A stretch of DNA of 64,000 nucleotides from contig JANXBJ010000001.1 in NCBI GenBank assembly GCA_025057645.1, positions 180,357 to 244,356 on the forward strand, written 5' to 3'. Below, one piece after another: positions 54,306-64,000 of the stretch. Position 1 is the first letter of the stretch, and each line of letters starts with the position of its first letter. The stretch is from Anaerolineales bacterium. Lineage in GTDB: Bacteria > Chloroflexota > Anaerolineae > Anaerolineales > UBA4823. The position numbers were made by a program, and so were the translations under genes. Below the pieces are notes generated by a model that worked only from the letters and a program-made list of their open reading frames with translations, ran no database searches and was not told the origin of the DNA.

Positions 54306-55337
54306 TTATGAAATTTCCTTAAGTTGAACTTGGCGCAACTCCGAGATTGATTTTACTCCGGCAACAAACATAGTAATTTGAATCTCTCTCTTAATTTCGT
54401 TGATGATGTTGATTGTCTCCCGTAAGGAGCATGCTGCGGCTTTTAAGAACGGGGAGGCCATTCCGCCTAGGTCAGCTCCCAAGGCTAGACACTTGGCAAT
54501 ATCGATGCCGTTGCGCAGCCCCCCCGAGGCAATCAGTGGAAGAGAAGGATGGAGCGCACGAATCTTGCGAATGCACTCAGCAGTGGGAATCCCCCAGTCA
54601 ACGAAATGAGAGGCAATCCGAGCTGCGCTTTCGGTTTGGGCGCGATACATCTCAACCTGCGACCAGGAGGTGCCACCTGCCCCAGCAACATCAATGGCAG
54701 CCACGCCGGCCTGAATGAGGAGCTTTGCCACTCGCTCGGAGATCCCCCAACCCACTTCTTTGACAATGACCGGTACGGGCAAGGAATGACAAACAGCTGC
54801 AATTTTATCGATCAGGTTGGAGAAGCGAGTTTCACCTTCGGGCTGAAGGGCTTCTTGAAGAGGATTGAGGTGCAGGATAAGGGCATCGGCTTCGACCATC
54901 TCAACTGCTTTTCTGCATTCGTCAATTCCATAGCGGTAGTTGAGTTGGATTGCGCCGAGGTTAGCAAAAAGAAGAATATTCGGGGCGACACGGCGCACTT
55001 GGAATGTATGGGCTAGCTCCGGGTGTTCGATGGCTGCTCGTTGGGAACCCAACCCCATAGCAATGTGCGTTTGTTCGGCTGCCTCGGCGAGAATCAGATT
55101 AATTTGGGCAGCTTCTTGGCTACCGCCAGTCATTGAAGAGATCAAGATCGGTGCAGCAAGGGTTTTGTTTAGGAAACGTGTGCTGGTATCAACTGCCTCA
55201 AGATCGCACTCCGGTAGAGCTTGATGCTCAAAGCGGTACTTTTCTAGACCAGTTGTTATAGCCGACTGAACGTTTTCTCGCAGATTGATGCGGATATGAT
55301 CGGACTTTCGTTGACTAATAGGCGTAACTTTCTTCAT
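54306..55337 (-). CDS. fni: Type 2 (FMN-dependent) isopentenyl-diphosphate delta-isomerase
   Basis: Start at ATG 55337 ([19 protein letters not shown]). SSMTGG, GLGSQR and VKEVGWGIS blocks typical of IDI-2. Confidence 0.92.
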   Translation of the reverse strand: MKKVTPISQRKSDHIRINLRENVQSAITTGLEKYRFEHQALPECDLEAVDTSTRFLNKTLAAPILISSMTGGSQEAAQINLILAEAAEQTHIAMGLGSQRAAIEHPELAHTFQVRRVAPNILLFANLGAIQLNYRYGIDECRKAVEMVEADALILHLNPLQEALQPEGETRFSNLIDKIAAVCHSLPVPVIVKEVGWGISERVAKLLIQAGVAAIDVAGAGGTSWSQVEMYRAQTESAARIASHFVDWGIPTAECIRKIRALHPSLPLIASGGLRNGIDIAKCLALGADLGGMASPFLKAAACSLRETINIINEIKREIQITMFVAGVKSISELRQVQLKEIS

Positions 55338-55454
55338 AAGGCGGTGTTCCTGATACAAGGATAAGCCCATCCAGGGCATGGTTGGACTTCAGGGAGCTTG
55401 ACAGATTGCCTACAGGGAATACAATACCCAAAATTCTCTTTGGAGGAAGCATCT

Positions 55455-55697
55455 ATGTCTGATACGTTCGAGAAAGTTAAGGCGATTATCGTGGAGTTGC
55501 TTGGGGTGGATGAGTCTAAAGTCACCCCGGAGGCTCGCTTTCGTGAGGATTTGGAGGCCGACTCGCTCGATCTGGTCGAACTCATTATGGAGTTCGAAGA
55601 TAAGTTTGGAGGCCAAATCTCTGATGAAGACGCCCAGAAAATTACCACGGTGGGAGAAGCGGTCCGATATATCGAAGAGCACATGGAGAAGCAATAA
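55455..55697 (+). CDS. acpP: Acyl carrier protein
   Basis: ATG 55455 preceded by GGAGGA. 80 aa. Phosphopantetheine site [16 protein letters not shown]. Confidence 0.93.
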   Translation: MSDTFEKVKAIIVELLGVDESKVTPEARFREDLEADSLDLVELIMEFEDKFGGQISDEDAQKITTVGEAVRYIEEHMEKQ

Positions 55698-55720
55698 TTC
55701 TGTCAAGATACCGATAGCAG

Positions 55721-55759
55721 GCTGTCCGGTTGAGGTAAGCTCACGGACAGCTCCTTTTT
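55721..55759 (+). terminator. Intrinsic terminator after acpP
   Basis: GCTGTCCG / CGGACAGC 8-bp stem with a 15-nt loop, followed by TCCTTTTT. Confidence 0.6.
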
Positions 55760-55762
55760 GTC

Positions 55763-56629
55763 CTATACCGGGAGTAAATCGGGAATTTCTTCGGGGTGGC
55801 GGGCTACTTTGACACCCGCCTCTTGGAGCGCACGAATTTTATCTTGAGCCAGACCTGAGCCTCCTTCTACAATTGCTCCTGCATGTCCCATCCGTTTTCC
55901 AGGGGGAGCCGTTTGCCCGGCGATAAAGGCGACGACCGGTTTAGTCATTCGAGTGGCAATGAATTCGGCTGCTCTCTCTTCGTCCGTGCCGCCGATTTCA
56001 CCGATAAGAACCACTTGTTCCGTGTGAGGGTCTTCTTCGAACATCGAAAGCACGTCAATAAAATTTGTGCCACTGATCGGGTCCCCGCCGATTCCGACAC
56101 AGGTGCTCACTCCGATATGACGGAGCTTTAGAGCGTAAAGCACTTCGTAGGTGAGCGTTCCCGAACGGGAGACAATGCCCACGTGGCCTGGAATGGAAAT
56201 ATCTCCGGGGATGATCCCCACTTTACATTTCCCAGGCGAGAGCACCCCCGGACAGTTTGGCCCAATAAGGCGGCACTTTTTCTGATCCAAGTAATGGCGC
56301 ACGCACATCATATCTTGAACTGGAATCCCTTCAGTGATACAAACGATGAGGGGAATCCCCGCATCGGCGGCTTCGAAGATGGCGTCAGTAGCAAAGCGAG
56401 CGGGGACAAAGATTACACTTGTATTGGCTCTAGTTGCTTCTACGGCGAGACGCACCGAGTCGAATACAGGAATCTTCCCATCCAGCACCCACTCGCCCCC
56501 CTTCCCAGGGGTAACCCCGGCAACGATGTTCGTGCCATAGGCAGCCATTTGGCGAGTATGGAATAAACCTTCGTTTCCTGTGATCCCTTGAACCAGCAAG
56601 CGAGTATCTTGGTCGATAAGAATACTCAT
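55763..56629 (-). CDS. sucD: Succinate--CoA ligase subunit alpha
   Basis: Phosphohistidine loop [23 protein letters not shown]. Confidence 0.97.
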   Translation of the reverse strand: MSILIDQDTRLLVQGITGNEGLFHTRQMAAYGTNIVAGVTPGKGGEWVLDGKIPVFDSVRLAVEATRANTSVIFVPARFATDAIFEAADAGIPLIVCITEGIPVQDMMCVRHYLDQKKCRLIGPNCPGVLSPGKCKVGIIPGDISIPGHVGIVSRSGTLTYEVLYALKLRHIGVSTCVGIGGDPISGTNFIDVLSMFEEDPHTEQVVLIGEIGGTDEERAAEFIATRMTKPVVAFIAGQTAPPGKRMGHAGAIVEGGSGLAQDKIRALQEAGVKVARHPEEIPDLLPV

Positions 56630-57768
56630 CCGAGGCCTCCTCTAGCAGCAGCGACGGCTTTCTGGGCTGCTTCGACCAACGTCTCTGCAGTGATCATCTG
56701 GGCGTCGGCCAGAATTCTCCGACCCTCTTCGGCATTGGTACCGACTAGACGAACGATCATCGGCACCTTCGGCTTGACTTCTTTCATTGCATTCACGATC
56801 CCATGAGCAACCTCATCGCAGCGTGTGATACCTCCGAATACGTTCAGGAGGACAGTCCTGACATTCGGGTCGCTAAGGAGGATGCGGAGGGCGGCTGCTA
56901 CCCTTTCGGCATTTGCGCCACCGCCGATATCGAGAAAGTTTGCCGGATTACCGCCAAAAAGTTTGAGGATATCCATGGTTGCCATGGCCAGACCTGCGCC
57001 GTTGACCATGCAGCCAATGTCCCCATCGAGCTTGACATAGGATAAACCGTACTTTCGGGCCTCAACTTCCGCCGGAGCTTCAACATCCAGATCGCGCATT
57101 TCAGAAAACTCCGGGTGACGAAACAGAGCGTTGTCATCGATAATCATTTTGCCATCCAAGGCAAGGAGCCGGTTTTCGGTTGTGAGAACTAAGGGGTTAA
57201 TTTCAGCCAGAGTTGCGTCGCATTCGGTGTATGTTTTCCATAGACCGTGAGCGACGGCTATAAAATTTCTCCAATGCTCGCGGGGCAGATCGATCCCGGC
57301 GGCAAGGTCGCGTGCTTGGTAGTCGCGCAAGCCTAGAAGGGGATCGATGTGAACTTTTATAATTCTTTCGGGCGTTGTTCGGGCCACCTCCTCAATATCT
57401 ACCCCCCCGGCAGACGAAGCCATAATCACAGGTCGGCGGGCAGCACGATCGTTGGTGATTCCGAGGTAGATTTCACTATGGATACTAGCAGCCTCGTCAA
57501 TTAGGACCTTTCGGACAGGTAGGTCCTTGATCTGCATCGCAAGGATTTTTGCGGCAATCTCTTCGGCCTCGATGGGGTCTTTGGCGAGCCGAATGCCCCC
57601 GGCTTTCCCTCGCCCTCCAACCAGAACTTGGGCTTTTACCACCACCATAACCCCCAGCTCTTCTGCAATTTGTCTGGCTTCCTGAGCTGTTGAGGCTACC
57701 TTGCCTCGCGGAATGGGAATCCCATACCGGGAGAAGATTTGCTTGGATTGATATTCGTGCAATTTCAT
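56626..57768 (-). CDS. sucC: Succinate--CoA ligase subunit beta
   Basis: [21 protein letters not shown]-grasp N-terminus and GGIVRC-type block ([10 protein letters not shown]). ATGA overlap with sucD. Confidence 0.97.
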   Translation of the reverse strand: MKLHEYQSKQIFSRYGIPIPRGKVASTAQEARQIAEELGVMVVVKAQVLVGGRGKAGGIRLAKDPIEAEEIAAKILAMQIKDLPVRKVLIDEAASIHSEIYLGITNDRAARRPVIMASSAGGVDIEEVARTTPERIIKVHIDPLLGLRDYQARDLAAGIDLPREHWRNFIAVAHGLWKTYTECDATLAEINPLVLTTENRLLALDGKMIIDDNALFRHPEFSEMRDLDVEAPAEVEARKYGLSYVKLDGDIGCMVNGAGLAMATMDILKLFGGNPANFLDIGGGANAERVAAALRILLSDPNVRTVLLNVFGGITRCDEVAHGIVNAMKEVKPKVPMIVRLVGTNAEEGRRILADAQMITAETLVEAAQKAVAAARGGLG

Positions 57769-57826
57769 TGATCCGTCTCCGTTTGGGATAGTGGCTTGGA
57801 AACTCCCTCATTGTTGTATTATAGTC

Positions 57827-60800
57827 TTAGGGTAGGGAAAAGTGCAGGATTTTGCTGCTTCCAGCATCAGTGACCCAAATTCCGTCTGCCGGATCGATTG
57901 CGAGTGAAGCGGGTAGGGAGAACCCCTCGCCTGCTTGATCAGGCTCTCCCCAGTATTGGATAAAGTCGCCATTAGCGTTGAACTGCAGAATGCGCATCCC
58001 TTCCGGGTCGGTGGCGTAGACAAAGTTCCTTTTGTCCACGGCTAAGTAGGGTTTGTTATCCAAGGACTGCCCATACCAACCGAAGATTTCCCAACTGGTC
58101 TGGAAGAGAAAGTTCATTTGTTCGTCAATGGCAAAAACTTGAATCCGTTGATTCCAAGTGTCTGCAACATAAAGGCGTCCATCCGGGCCAAAAGCTAAGC
58201 CGACCGGTTCGTCGAATTCACCGGGCAACAACCCCCCTCGGCCAAAGGTGGTGATGAAGTTCCCGTTGCTGTCAAAGACAACGATGCGCTTGTTCCCAGT
58301 GTCGGAGATAAACAGCCGGTTTTCTTGATCAACAGCAATATCACGGGGACCCCAGAAAGCGGTGGGTGTTTCACCTTGTCCAAAGTAGCCCCATTGGTAA
58401 AGGAATTGTCCATCGGCGGTGAACTTCTGGATGCGGTGATTCCATGTATCCGCCACATAGACAAAGCCTTCTTGGTCCACGGCAATCCCCCATGGTTGGT
58501 TGAAGGCACCGCCAGGGGCGTTGCCTGTAGTCGCATCCCCGAATCTTCCCCAGACATGTAAGACTTTTCCACTGGTGTCAAGGTGTTGGATGCGGTGGTT
58601 CTCGGTGTCCACGATGTAGAGCGTGCCATCAGGCGCAACGGCTAGGTCCCGAGGACGCTGGAAAAAGCCCGGTTCTGTTCCGCTGCCGCCTAACACTTTA
58701 TCGGCTTGCACTTTGGCTTGTTTGCCTTCGTAGGGATCAGCAGGAATACTAACTTCGGCAGGAGCACTCCCGTAGTTCCACAGGGAGGCCACGATATCCT
58801 TGCGGATGTAGAGCCGCATCCGGCTAGAGGGATACCAATTCGTCAGGCTCATGTCTTTGCCGGTAAGCTGACCGTAGCGGGTGTAATCGCGATAGAGCCA
58901 GATTTCAAACAGAGCTTGGCGCATAGCCGGGTCGCGCAAGGCATTCCAAATCCTCGACCAATTCAAGTCAAAGTAGTCTTGGTTAGGCCACCACAGGCGG
59001 ATGAAGTCATAGCGGTGATAGGCTTGTCCGACAACCGGTTCAATTTTTCCATAGTTTTTCTCGCCGACTAGGATAATGGGGACTTCGCGCAACTGGCGTG
59101 TAGGTGTGTCCCCATAGTATTGTTGATTGGGATAGTGGCGGAGATACCACCAATAGGGATAAGTGGTCTCGTCATCGTAGGCAACGCGGATGCCGAGGCC
59201 GCCCGTGGTGCGGCGCGAGATTTCTTCAATTTGCTCGAGAACGTCTTTGGGCCCTCGGGCCGAATGCGCATAGACCAAGAATTCGGTGGCATTATCGTAG
59301 TTGAAGTAGGAAGCGAGCACGCTAGTGTGAATGGTCAAGAGCGAAATCAAAGCGAAGATAGTCAGTATGAATGCCTTGAGCGCCTCTCTCACCCGCCAAG
59401 TGCGCAGAGCGTAGATCAAGTAGGCTCCCGAAAAGAGGGTAAAAAGCAGAGCACTTAGGAATGATGTAGTGGCTTGGAGTTGAGCAAGCTCCCTGCCCTG
59501 GAAGGGAGGTGTAGCTCCGAGAGCTAGGTAGAAGGTTGTCGAAAGGGAGACCAGAAAGACCAAAAATACGAGGCTGAGCAGCCAACCTTTCTGGCGCAAA
59601 AGATATTTCCAGCGTACGGACTCGAGCAACTTTCCAAGCGCCCATGCAGTTAGCATGATCATGGGCATGGCGATATGAAGGGTAAGCCAAGGCATTTTTT
59701 CTCCAGCTATAGTGAAAGCAATGAGACTGGTGATCGACCAGTAGAGAAAGAAGACAAAATTCAGCCGATCGGCACTCGAAAAGGCGGATTCGGAAGACGA
59801 TAGGGTACTTTGAAACCTATGACCTTTTTGGGAGCCTCCAGAGCTTGGACGCCTCTTCCAGAGGTAATAAAGGATGGCAAAAAGCACCCCAATGGCCGGA
59901 AGGTATTCGTAGACTGGGATCTGAACCAAACTATAGTAATACCACGGCTGATTGCCGCGCTGTACACCGTGTTGTTCGAGCCAGTACCCTAGTGCGCCGA
60001 CCAGTCCGGCAAAAATTCCAAAGCCGTTGGTGAAGATGGTCGAATAGAAGAGCACGAAAATTGAATAGAAAATGCTAAGGTTGACCAGCCAGACTTTGGG
60101 GCGCCAGGCCAGTCCTATAGCAATTGCTGAAAGGCTAAGGAGAAGGACAAAACTTGCTACGAACAAAATATTTTGCGTCGAAGAATAGTCGATTGGATTG
60201 CGTCCCAAAAACCGAACCGGAAATGGAGCAAGCATGGGTAAGACTTGGGTACCCATCAGGATCGCTAGGTCGAAAGCAGGCTCTTTCCGCAGGGCATTCC
60301 AAGTGTAACCGCGGAGCACGAAGAAAACACAAGCCAGAAGACCAAGGACGGCTAGTGTGAAAGCGAGCAGACTGAGAACACGGAGAGTCTCTGAAAGAGG
60401 ATGCGGGGGAAACAGGGCTTCTGGCGGGAGAGTAGGAGTGGTCGACTGGAGAGTTTGCCGGAGGTCGCGCTGAAAAGTGTTAAGACCAAAGCCAATAGCA
60501 AGCAGGGTAAGGGAGACGGCTAGGATGACTACAAACCAACGGCGATCGGAGTCATTTTTCCAGCTCTGCCTTGTGATCGAGTAGAGAAGATACAAGGCAA
60601 AAAAGACCAAAGCTTGGGCGGTGTAGATAAAGGCGGTTGCCTTACAAACGAAGTGCAACGCTGATCCAATAGTGACCCAGATTAGGTAGCGCAATTCTCG
60701 AGTGTTAAGGTAGTTGAGGATTCCCCACCATAAGAGCACTGCAAAGAAACCGATCTGCGCTTCGTTGCGAGCATATCGTCCGTAATAAAGAGCGTAAGGG

Positions 60801-61216
60801 GAGATGAGGAGCAGAAATGCACCGACTAGGTATCCAAATCTCCCAAGAAGGTCTCGGTAGAACCAAAGGAAGACGATCGTCAAGACGCTCAGGGTTGCGG
60901 CGGGCACTCGCGCCGTGAAGTCGTTGTCGCCAAACAAGAAATAACTCAGCGCAATAAGGTGGAATTGCAGGGGGCCGTGGGTGACGGGGTCATAGCGATA
61001 TCCCTTGCCTTGGGACAGCAGCCACGCAAAATACACGTGGGAAGTTTCGTCGTGGCTCATAACCCGCACCCCTAAGGCATAGAAACGGGTGAAAACGGCG
61101 AGTAACAAGATACAAACCATCAAAATTATTTCCCAACGCGCCACAGAATGGGATCGAAGGACAGGAGGCTGAGTTGGGGAAGTTTCCGCAAGGGTGTGTT
61201 GGTTTGACATACTCAC
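57827..61216 (-). CDS. GT-C-fold-like polytopic membrane protein (TIGR03663/PMT-ArnT-like) fused to a six-bladed NHL-repeat beta-propeller
   Basis: More than 12 hydrophobic helices in the first ~640 aa, with a DE motif (MSHDETSH) after TM1. The C-terminus has six NHL repeats (e.g. PRDLAVAPDGTLYIVDTENHRIQHLD, PWGIAVDQEGFVYVADTWNHRIQKF). Confidence 0.85.
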   Translation of the reverse strand: MSMSNQHTLAETSPTQPPVLRSHSVARWEIILMVCILLLAVFTRFYALGVRVMSHDETSHVYFAWLLSQGKGYRYDPVTHGPLQFHLIALSYFLFGDNDFTARVPAATLSVLTIVFLWFYRDLLGRFGYLVGAFLLLISPYALYYGRYARNEAQIGFFAVLLWWGILNYLNTRELRYLIWVTIGSALHFVCKATAFIYTAQALVFFALYLLYSITRQSWKNDSDRRWFVVILAVSLTLLAIGFGLNTFQRDLRQTLQSTTPTLPPEALFPPHPLSETLRVLSLLAFTLAVLGLLACVFFVLRGYTWNALRKEPAFDLAILMGTQVLPMLAPFPVRFLGRNPIDYSSTQNILFVASFVLLLSLSAIAIGLAWRPKVWLVNLSIFYSIFVLFYSTIFTNGFGIFAGLVGALGYWLEQHGVQRGNQPWYYYSLVQIPVYEYLPAIGVLFAILYYLWKRRPSSGGSQKGHRFQSTLSSSESAFSSADRLNFVFFLYWSITSLIAFTIAGEKMPWLTLHIAMPMIMLTAWALGKLLESVRWKYLLRQKGWLLSLVFLVFLVSLSTTFYLALGATPPFQGRELAQLQATTSFLSALLFTLFSGAYLIYALRTWRVREALKAFILTIFALISLLTIHTSVLASYFNYDNATEFLVYAHSARGPKDVLEQIEEISRRTTGGLGIRVAYDDETTYPYWWYLRHYPNQQYYGDTPTRQLREVPIILVGEKNYGKIEPVVGQAYHRYDFIRLWWPNQDYFDLNWSRIWNALRDPAMRQALFEIWLYRDYTRYGQLTGKDMSLTNWYPSSRMRLYIRKDIVASLWNYGSAPAEVSIPADPYEGKQAKVQADKVLGGSGTEPGFFQRPRDLAVAPDGTLYIVDTENHRIQHLDTSGKVLHVWGRFGDATTGNAPGGAFNQPWGIAVDQEGFVYVADTWNHRIQKFTADGQFLYQWGYFGQGETPTAFWGPRDIAVDQENRLFISDTGNKRIVVFDSNGNFITTFGRGGLLPGEFDEPVGLAFGPDGRLYVADTWNQRIQVFAIDEQMNFLFQTSWEIFGWYGQSLDNKPYLAVDKRNFVYATDPEGMRILQFNANGDFIQYWGEPDQAGEGFSLPASLAIDPADGIWVTDAGSSKILHFSLP

Positions 61217-61318
61217 TGTGACTCCTTCAAGACCTGGTTTAGATCGCTTTCTATTGTGAATAGCATAACTTTATCCTGTTTAGAGGCACCGAGGTGAACT
61301 GTCTTGGGCATCCTTTCG

Positions 61319-62083
61319 TTATGACGTTTGTTTCCGTATCTTTCGTGGGGGGATGGAGGGACGACGTTCTTGAGGGGTGTGACGCAGCTTTTCTACCTCT
61401 TGGGGGGTTAGGTAGCGCCACTGGCCCGGCTTCAGGTTGCCTAGTCTCACTGCACCAATACGCACGCGGATGATTCTAAGAACGGGTAACCCGGTTAAGG
61501 CTCCCATCTCTCGAATTTGTCGTTTTCTCCCTTCGCGCAAAATGACTCCCAGCCAAGCACCCTTCGGAGTGGTTGTTTCCAGCCAAACCTCGGCGGGCTG
61601 GGTACGGTATCCGTCCGAAAGCACAATTCCTCTTCTCCAGGCTTTCAATTGTTCCTCATCCGGCCGTTTGGCAACAAAAACGCGGTATTCCTTCTCGTGT
61701 CCATAGCGTGGGTGAGAGATCCGATTCGCCAATTCACCATCGTTGGTCAGAAGGATCAGCCCCTCGCTTTCGATATCTAAGCGCCCAACAGGGAAAAGAC
61801 GTGTATCTATGTCTACTAGATCACATACAGTTTTCCTCCCCTCAGGAGAGTAGGCCGCAGAAACTACTCCTCGCGGTTTGTTTAGGGCGATGTAGATTGG
61901 CGGAACCCGCACCGAAACCGGTTGATCGTCAACCAGAATTTTGTCCCTTTCCGGGTCCGCTTTTGCACCCAAACCGATAACCGCGCCGTTGACTTTTACT
62001 CTCCCTTGAAGGATCAGAGTCTCGCACTGTCTTCTCGAGCCGTAGCCGGCTCGGGCTAAAATCTTCTGAACACGTTCTTCCAT
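61319..62083 (-). CDS. rluB: rRNA pseudouridine synthase, RsuA/RluB family, with S4 domain
   Basis: S4 domain RVQKILARAGYGSRRQCETLI. Catalytic VGRLDIESEGLILLTNDG. Basic C-terminal tail. Confidence 0.9.
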   Translation of the reverse strand: MEERVQKILARAGYGSRRQCETLILQGRVKVNGAVIGLGAKADPERDKILVDDQPVSVRVPPIYIALNKPRGVVSAAYSPEGRKTVCDLVDIDTRLFPVGRLDIESEGLILLTNDGELANRISHPRYGHEKEYRVFVAKRPDEEQLKAWRRGIVLSDGYRTQPAEVWLETTTPKGAWLGVILREGRKRQIREMGALTGLPVLRIIRVRIGAVRLGNLKPGQWRYLTPQEVEKLRHTPQERRPSIPPRKIRKQTS

Positions 62084-62087
62084 AGAA

Positions 62088-62690
62088 CTAATGCTTTAGC
62101 TCTGGAGCTTGCTCGGAAGTTGTGCTGCTCATGGACTCCTCACCCGTCTCGCGATCCCAGGGGGGCAACTCTTCAATCGAAGAAAGGCCGAAATGTTGCA
62201 GAAATTCTGGCGTGACTGTATAGAGAATCGGCCTTCCGGGTGCCTCAGCTCTTCCGGCTTCTTGGATCAGCCCTTTGCTGAGTAGACTTCTAAGAACACT
62301 ATCACTGTTGACGCCGCGAATCGCCTCGATCTGCGAGCGAGTGATCGGCTGGCGGTAAGCGATGACCGCTAGAGTTTCCAGTGCGGCTTGGGTGAGACGG
62401 CTAGGCGCATCTATTCCTAAAAATCTTTCCACAAGGGGTGCGATCTGAGGGGCGGTGGTCAGTTGATACCGGCCTTGGTGTTTTTGGAGCTGTAAGTAAG
62501 AGGGTGGAGCGGGAGAGAGCAACCTCTGTTCCAATTCCTGAAGGGCTGCTTCGACTTGAGAAGATGAGATCTCAAGCGCAGCAGCCAGTTGTTGGACACT
62601 AACCGGGCTGGGTGAAACGAACAGCAGAGCTTCAATCAAAGCGGGAAGGTCAAAATTCATCGGGTTTGCTTCATTCATGCTGTGGTACAA
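62088..62690 (-). CDS. scpB: Segregation and condensation protein B
   Basis: ALLFVSPSPVSVQQLA...ALETLAVIAYRQPITRSQIEAIRGVNSDSVLRSLLSKGLI double winged-helix pattern. The start may be one of the internal Met codons. Confidence 0.9.
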   Translation of the reverse strand: MYHSMNEANPMNFDLPALIEALLFVSPSPVSVQQLAAALEISSSQVEAALQELEQRLLSPAPPSYLQLQKHQGRYQLTTAPQIAPLVERFLGIDAPSRLTQAALETLAVIAYRQPITRSQIEAIRGVNSDSVLRSLLSKGLIQEAGRAEAPGRPILYTVTPEFLQHFGLSSIEELPPWDRETGEESMSSTTSEQAPELKH

Positions 62691-62733
62691 TTCGGCTTGC
62701 TGGTCTCACTTTGGATAGGCACGTTCAAAAGCT

Positions 62734-63300
62734 ATGTCGAAAAAAACGCGTTGGCTTGTTGTCCTTCTGGTTATTACAGGCCTAGTCACCTTATCCTGCC
62801 GCTTGAGCGAAGCAGGCCTCCCGAGGGCCTCGAACCCGCCTGTTTCAACCGAGGAAGCGGCCTCGTTGGAGAGCAAATTAGAGCAGGCTCTGCGGGAGGC
62901 GAATGAAAGAGGAACTTTTACTCTCGAGGTCACCGAGCAGCAGTTGACCTCCTATGTTGCTTTGAGTCTAGAAAAATATACCAAAGAGCCCATCACTAAC
63001 GTGCAATTTCAATTCCGAGAGGGAAAGATTTTCTTCAGTGGGATTGTCCACCGGGATGGCCTCCAGTTCCCGGTGCGGGCCGTGGGGAAGATCGGCCTCG
63101 ATGCAACCGGGAGTTTAGCAGTCGAGTTAGCCGAGGCTAAAATTGGTCCTTTTCCATTGCCACAGAGTGTGAGGGACAATATCGCCGAAGAGATGAAAAG
63201 AGCCTTTAAGGAGCAGATAGCAATTTCTGGAAGTGAGCTCGTCATTGAAGAAGTGACAATCCGTGAAGGTAGTATCCTCATTCGTGGTACTAAAAAGTAG
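62734..63300 (+). CDS. Hypothetical lipoprotein (possibly DUF2993/LmeA-like)
   Basis: Signal peptide with LSC lipobox-like site. 188 aa. Family assignment tentative. Confidence 0.6.
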   Translation: MSKKTRWLVVLLVITGLVTLSCRLSEAGLPRASNPPVSTEEAASLESKLEQALREANERGTFTLEVTEQQLTSYVALSLEKYTKEPITNVQFQFREGKIFFSGIVHRDGLQFPVRAVGKIGLDATGSLAVELAEAKIGPFPLPQSVRDNIAEEMKRAFKEQIAISGSELVIEEVTIREGSILIRGTKK

Positions 63301-63331
63301 TGGAGACTCGGTGTCTGGCTCTGCATTGAGG

Positions 63332-64000
63332 ATGATTATACCACTGCGAAATTTGGCGGTTGGAGTTGCGCTGCTATCCTTATCCGGTGCTCTGATAGGA
63401 GGATGTGCCACGGCCGCAGAAGGAAGGGCGCAAAACGTAAAGGTAGAAATTGCCGTTGATGGCGAGGTGATCTCAATCGAAGTGTCACCCAATAGCACCG
63501 TGGGCCAGGCGATTCAGCAAGCGAAGATCTCGATTGGTCAGTTAGATCGGGTCGAGCCCCCGATGTCCTCAGTGATCGAAAGCCCGCTTTCGATTAGGGT
63601 TATTAGAGTACAGGAGAAGTTTGAAGTGGAGCGGGTGATTCTGCCCTTCGAAAAAAAGGTGGTACGAACCGAGTCCTTGCCTGAGCAAGTGACCCTTCTT
63701 GCACAGAAGGGTCAAAACGGGGAGGCCGAGATCACATATCGTATTCTGTACGAGGATGGGGTTGAGGTTTCGCGAACGGTAGTGAACGAGCCTACGGTTC
63801 TCAAGGAGCCAGTAGCCGAGATCGTGATGATCGGGATTCAAAAGCCGTTCACCACATATGAAATCCCCGGCAGAATCGCCTATCTACTGGGGGGGAATGC
63901 ATGGGTGATTGAAGGTAATACCGCCAATCGGATTTTGGTGGTCAGTAGTGGAGATTTAGATGGGCGTGTCTTTCGGCTCTCTCGGGATGGTCAATGGTTG
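63332..64000 (+). CDS. Lipoprotein with DUF348-like and G5 domains followed by the start of a beta-propeller-like region; C-terminus beyond the window
   Basis: Own translation from ATG 63332: MIIPLRNLAVGVALLSLSGALIGGC (lipobox)...VKVEIAVDGEVISIEV...IRVIRVQEKFEVERVILPFEKKVVRTESLPEQVTLLAQKGQNGEAEITYRILYEDGVEVSRTVVNEPTVLKEPVAEIVMIG (G5 pattern). Open to the window end. Absent from the supplied ORF track because no stop is reached. Confidence 0.75.
   Translation, partial: MIIPLRNLAVGVALLSLSGALIGGCATAAEGRAQNVKVEIAVDGEVISIEVSPNSTVGQAIQQAKISIGQLDRVEPPMSSVIESPLSIRVIRVQEKFEVERVILPFEKKVVRTESLPEQVTLLAQKGQNGEAEITYRILYEDGVEVSRTVVNEPTVLKEPVAEIVMIGIQKPFTTYEIPGRIAYLLGGNAWVIEGNTANRILVVSSGDLDGRVFRLSRDGQWL

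Noticed and set aside
54549-55016. 155-aa plus-strand ORF inside fni, with several neighbours (54400..54609, 54413..54718, 54940..55224)
   Set aside because: Antisense or out of frame relative to a complete IDI-2 gene.
63009-63841. Minus-strand ORFs 63009..63326, 63127..63498 and 63569..63841
   Set aside because: They overlap the plus-strand lipoprotein gene and the open-ended G5-domain gene, which I translated myself and which shows a lipobox and the G5 pattern. The minus-strand products are featureless.
1-64000. Looked for mobile elements, prophage genes, CRISPR arrays, toxin-antitoxin pairs, restriction-modification or other defence genes, and rRNA/tRNA genes
   Set aside because: No transposase, integrase or recombinase motifs. 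No direct-repeat/spacer arrays. No inverted terminal repeats flanking any block. No abrupt compositional island. No tRNA- or rRNA-like sequences recognised by eye. A proper tRNAscan, Infernal and defence-HMM scan would be needed to be certain.

Overview
This window reads as a gene-dense (~90% coding), largely syntenic core-chromosome segment. It is probably from a Chloroflexota (Anaerolineae-like) bacterium; that is an inference from Pro/Thr-rich linkers in many secreted proteins, DUF3048/NBR1-like/PD40 envelope proteins, a T-box leader, TrpB2 and ~53% GC, not from any search.

Recognisable content:
- A polar amino-acid ABC importer.
- recA, then an envelope cluster (M23 peptidase, TolB-like protein, DUF3048 lipoprotein).
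- A beta-helix-repeat membrane protein, then DUF3054, an ECF sigma/anti-sigma pair and a NUDIX hydrolase.
- An HtrA-like protease and a class-A-PBP-like protein.
- nadK, a zinc-finger membrane protein and recN; a C69 peptidase; murE.
- rpsO-pnp.
- A DHH-CBS-tRNA nucleotidyltransferase fusion.
- The nusA-ylxR-infB-rbfA-nrnA-truB-ribF-thyA-folA string.
- A Trp T-box leader in front of an orphan trpB2.
- A multi-GAF histidine kinase.
- trxB-mdh-citrate synthase, a LysM protein, hemW, fni plus a polyprenyl synthase, acpP and sucCD.
- A GT-C-like membrane protein fused to an NHL propeller; rluB and scpB.
- A partial G5-domain lipoprotein at the right edge.

I found no rRNA, tRNA, CRISPR array, transposase/integrase, prophage or recognisable defence island. 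I cannot point to a clear new multi-gene system.

The observations most worth follow-up:
1. The Trp-specific T-box controlling a stand-alone TrpB2.
2. A 972-aa PBP1-like protein whose catalytic motifs all look degenerate.
3. A Cheo-box-like palindrome inside the recA promoter spacer.
4. Several unusual domain fusions: DHH-CBS-CCA, GT-C/NHL and HtrA-PDZ-jelly-roll.
5. The beta-helix membrane protein lying next to an ECF sigma module.

All family calls come from motif recognition by eye on the supplied translations. No database search or RNA folding was run.
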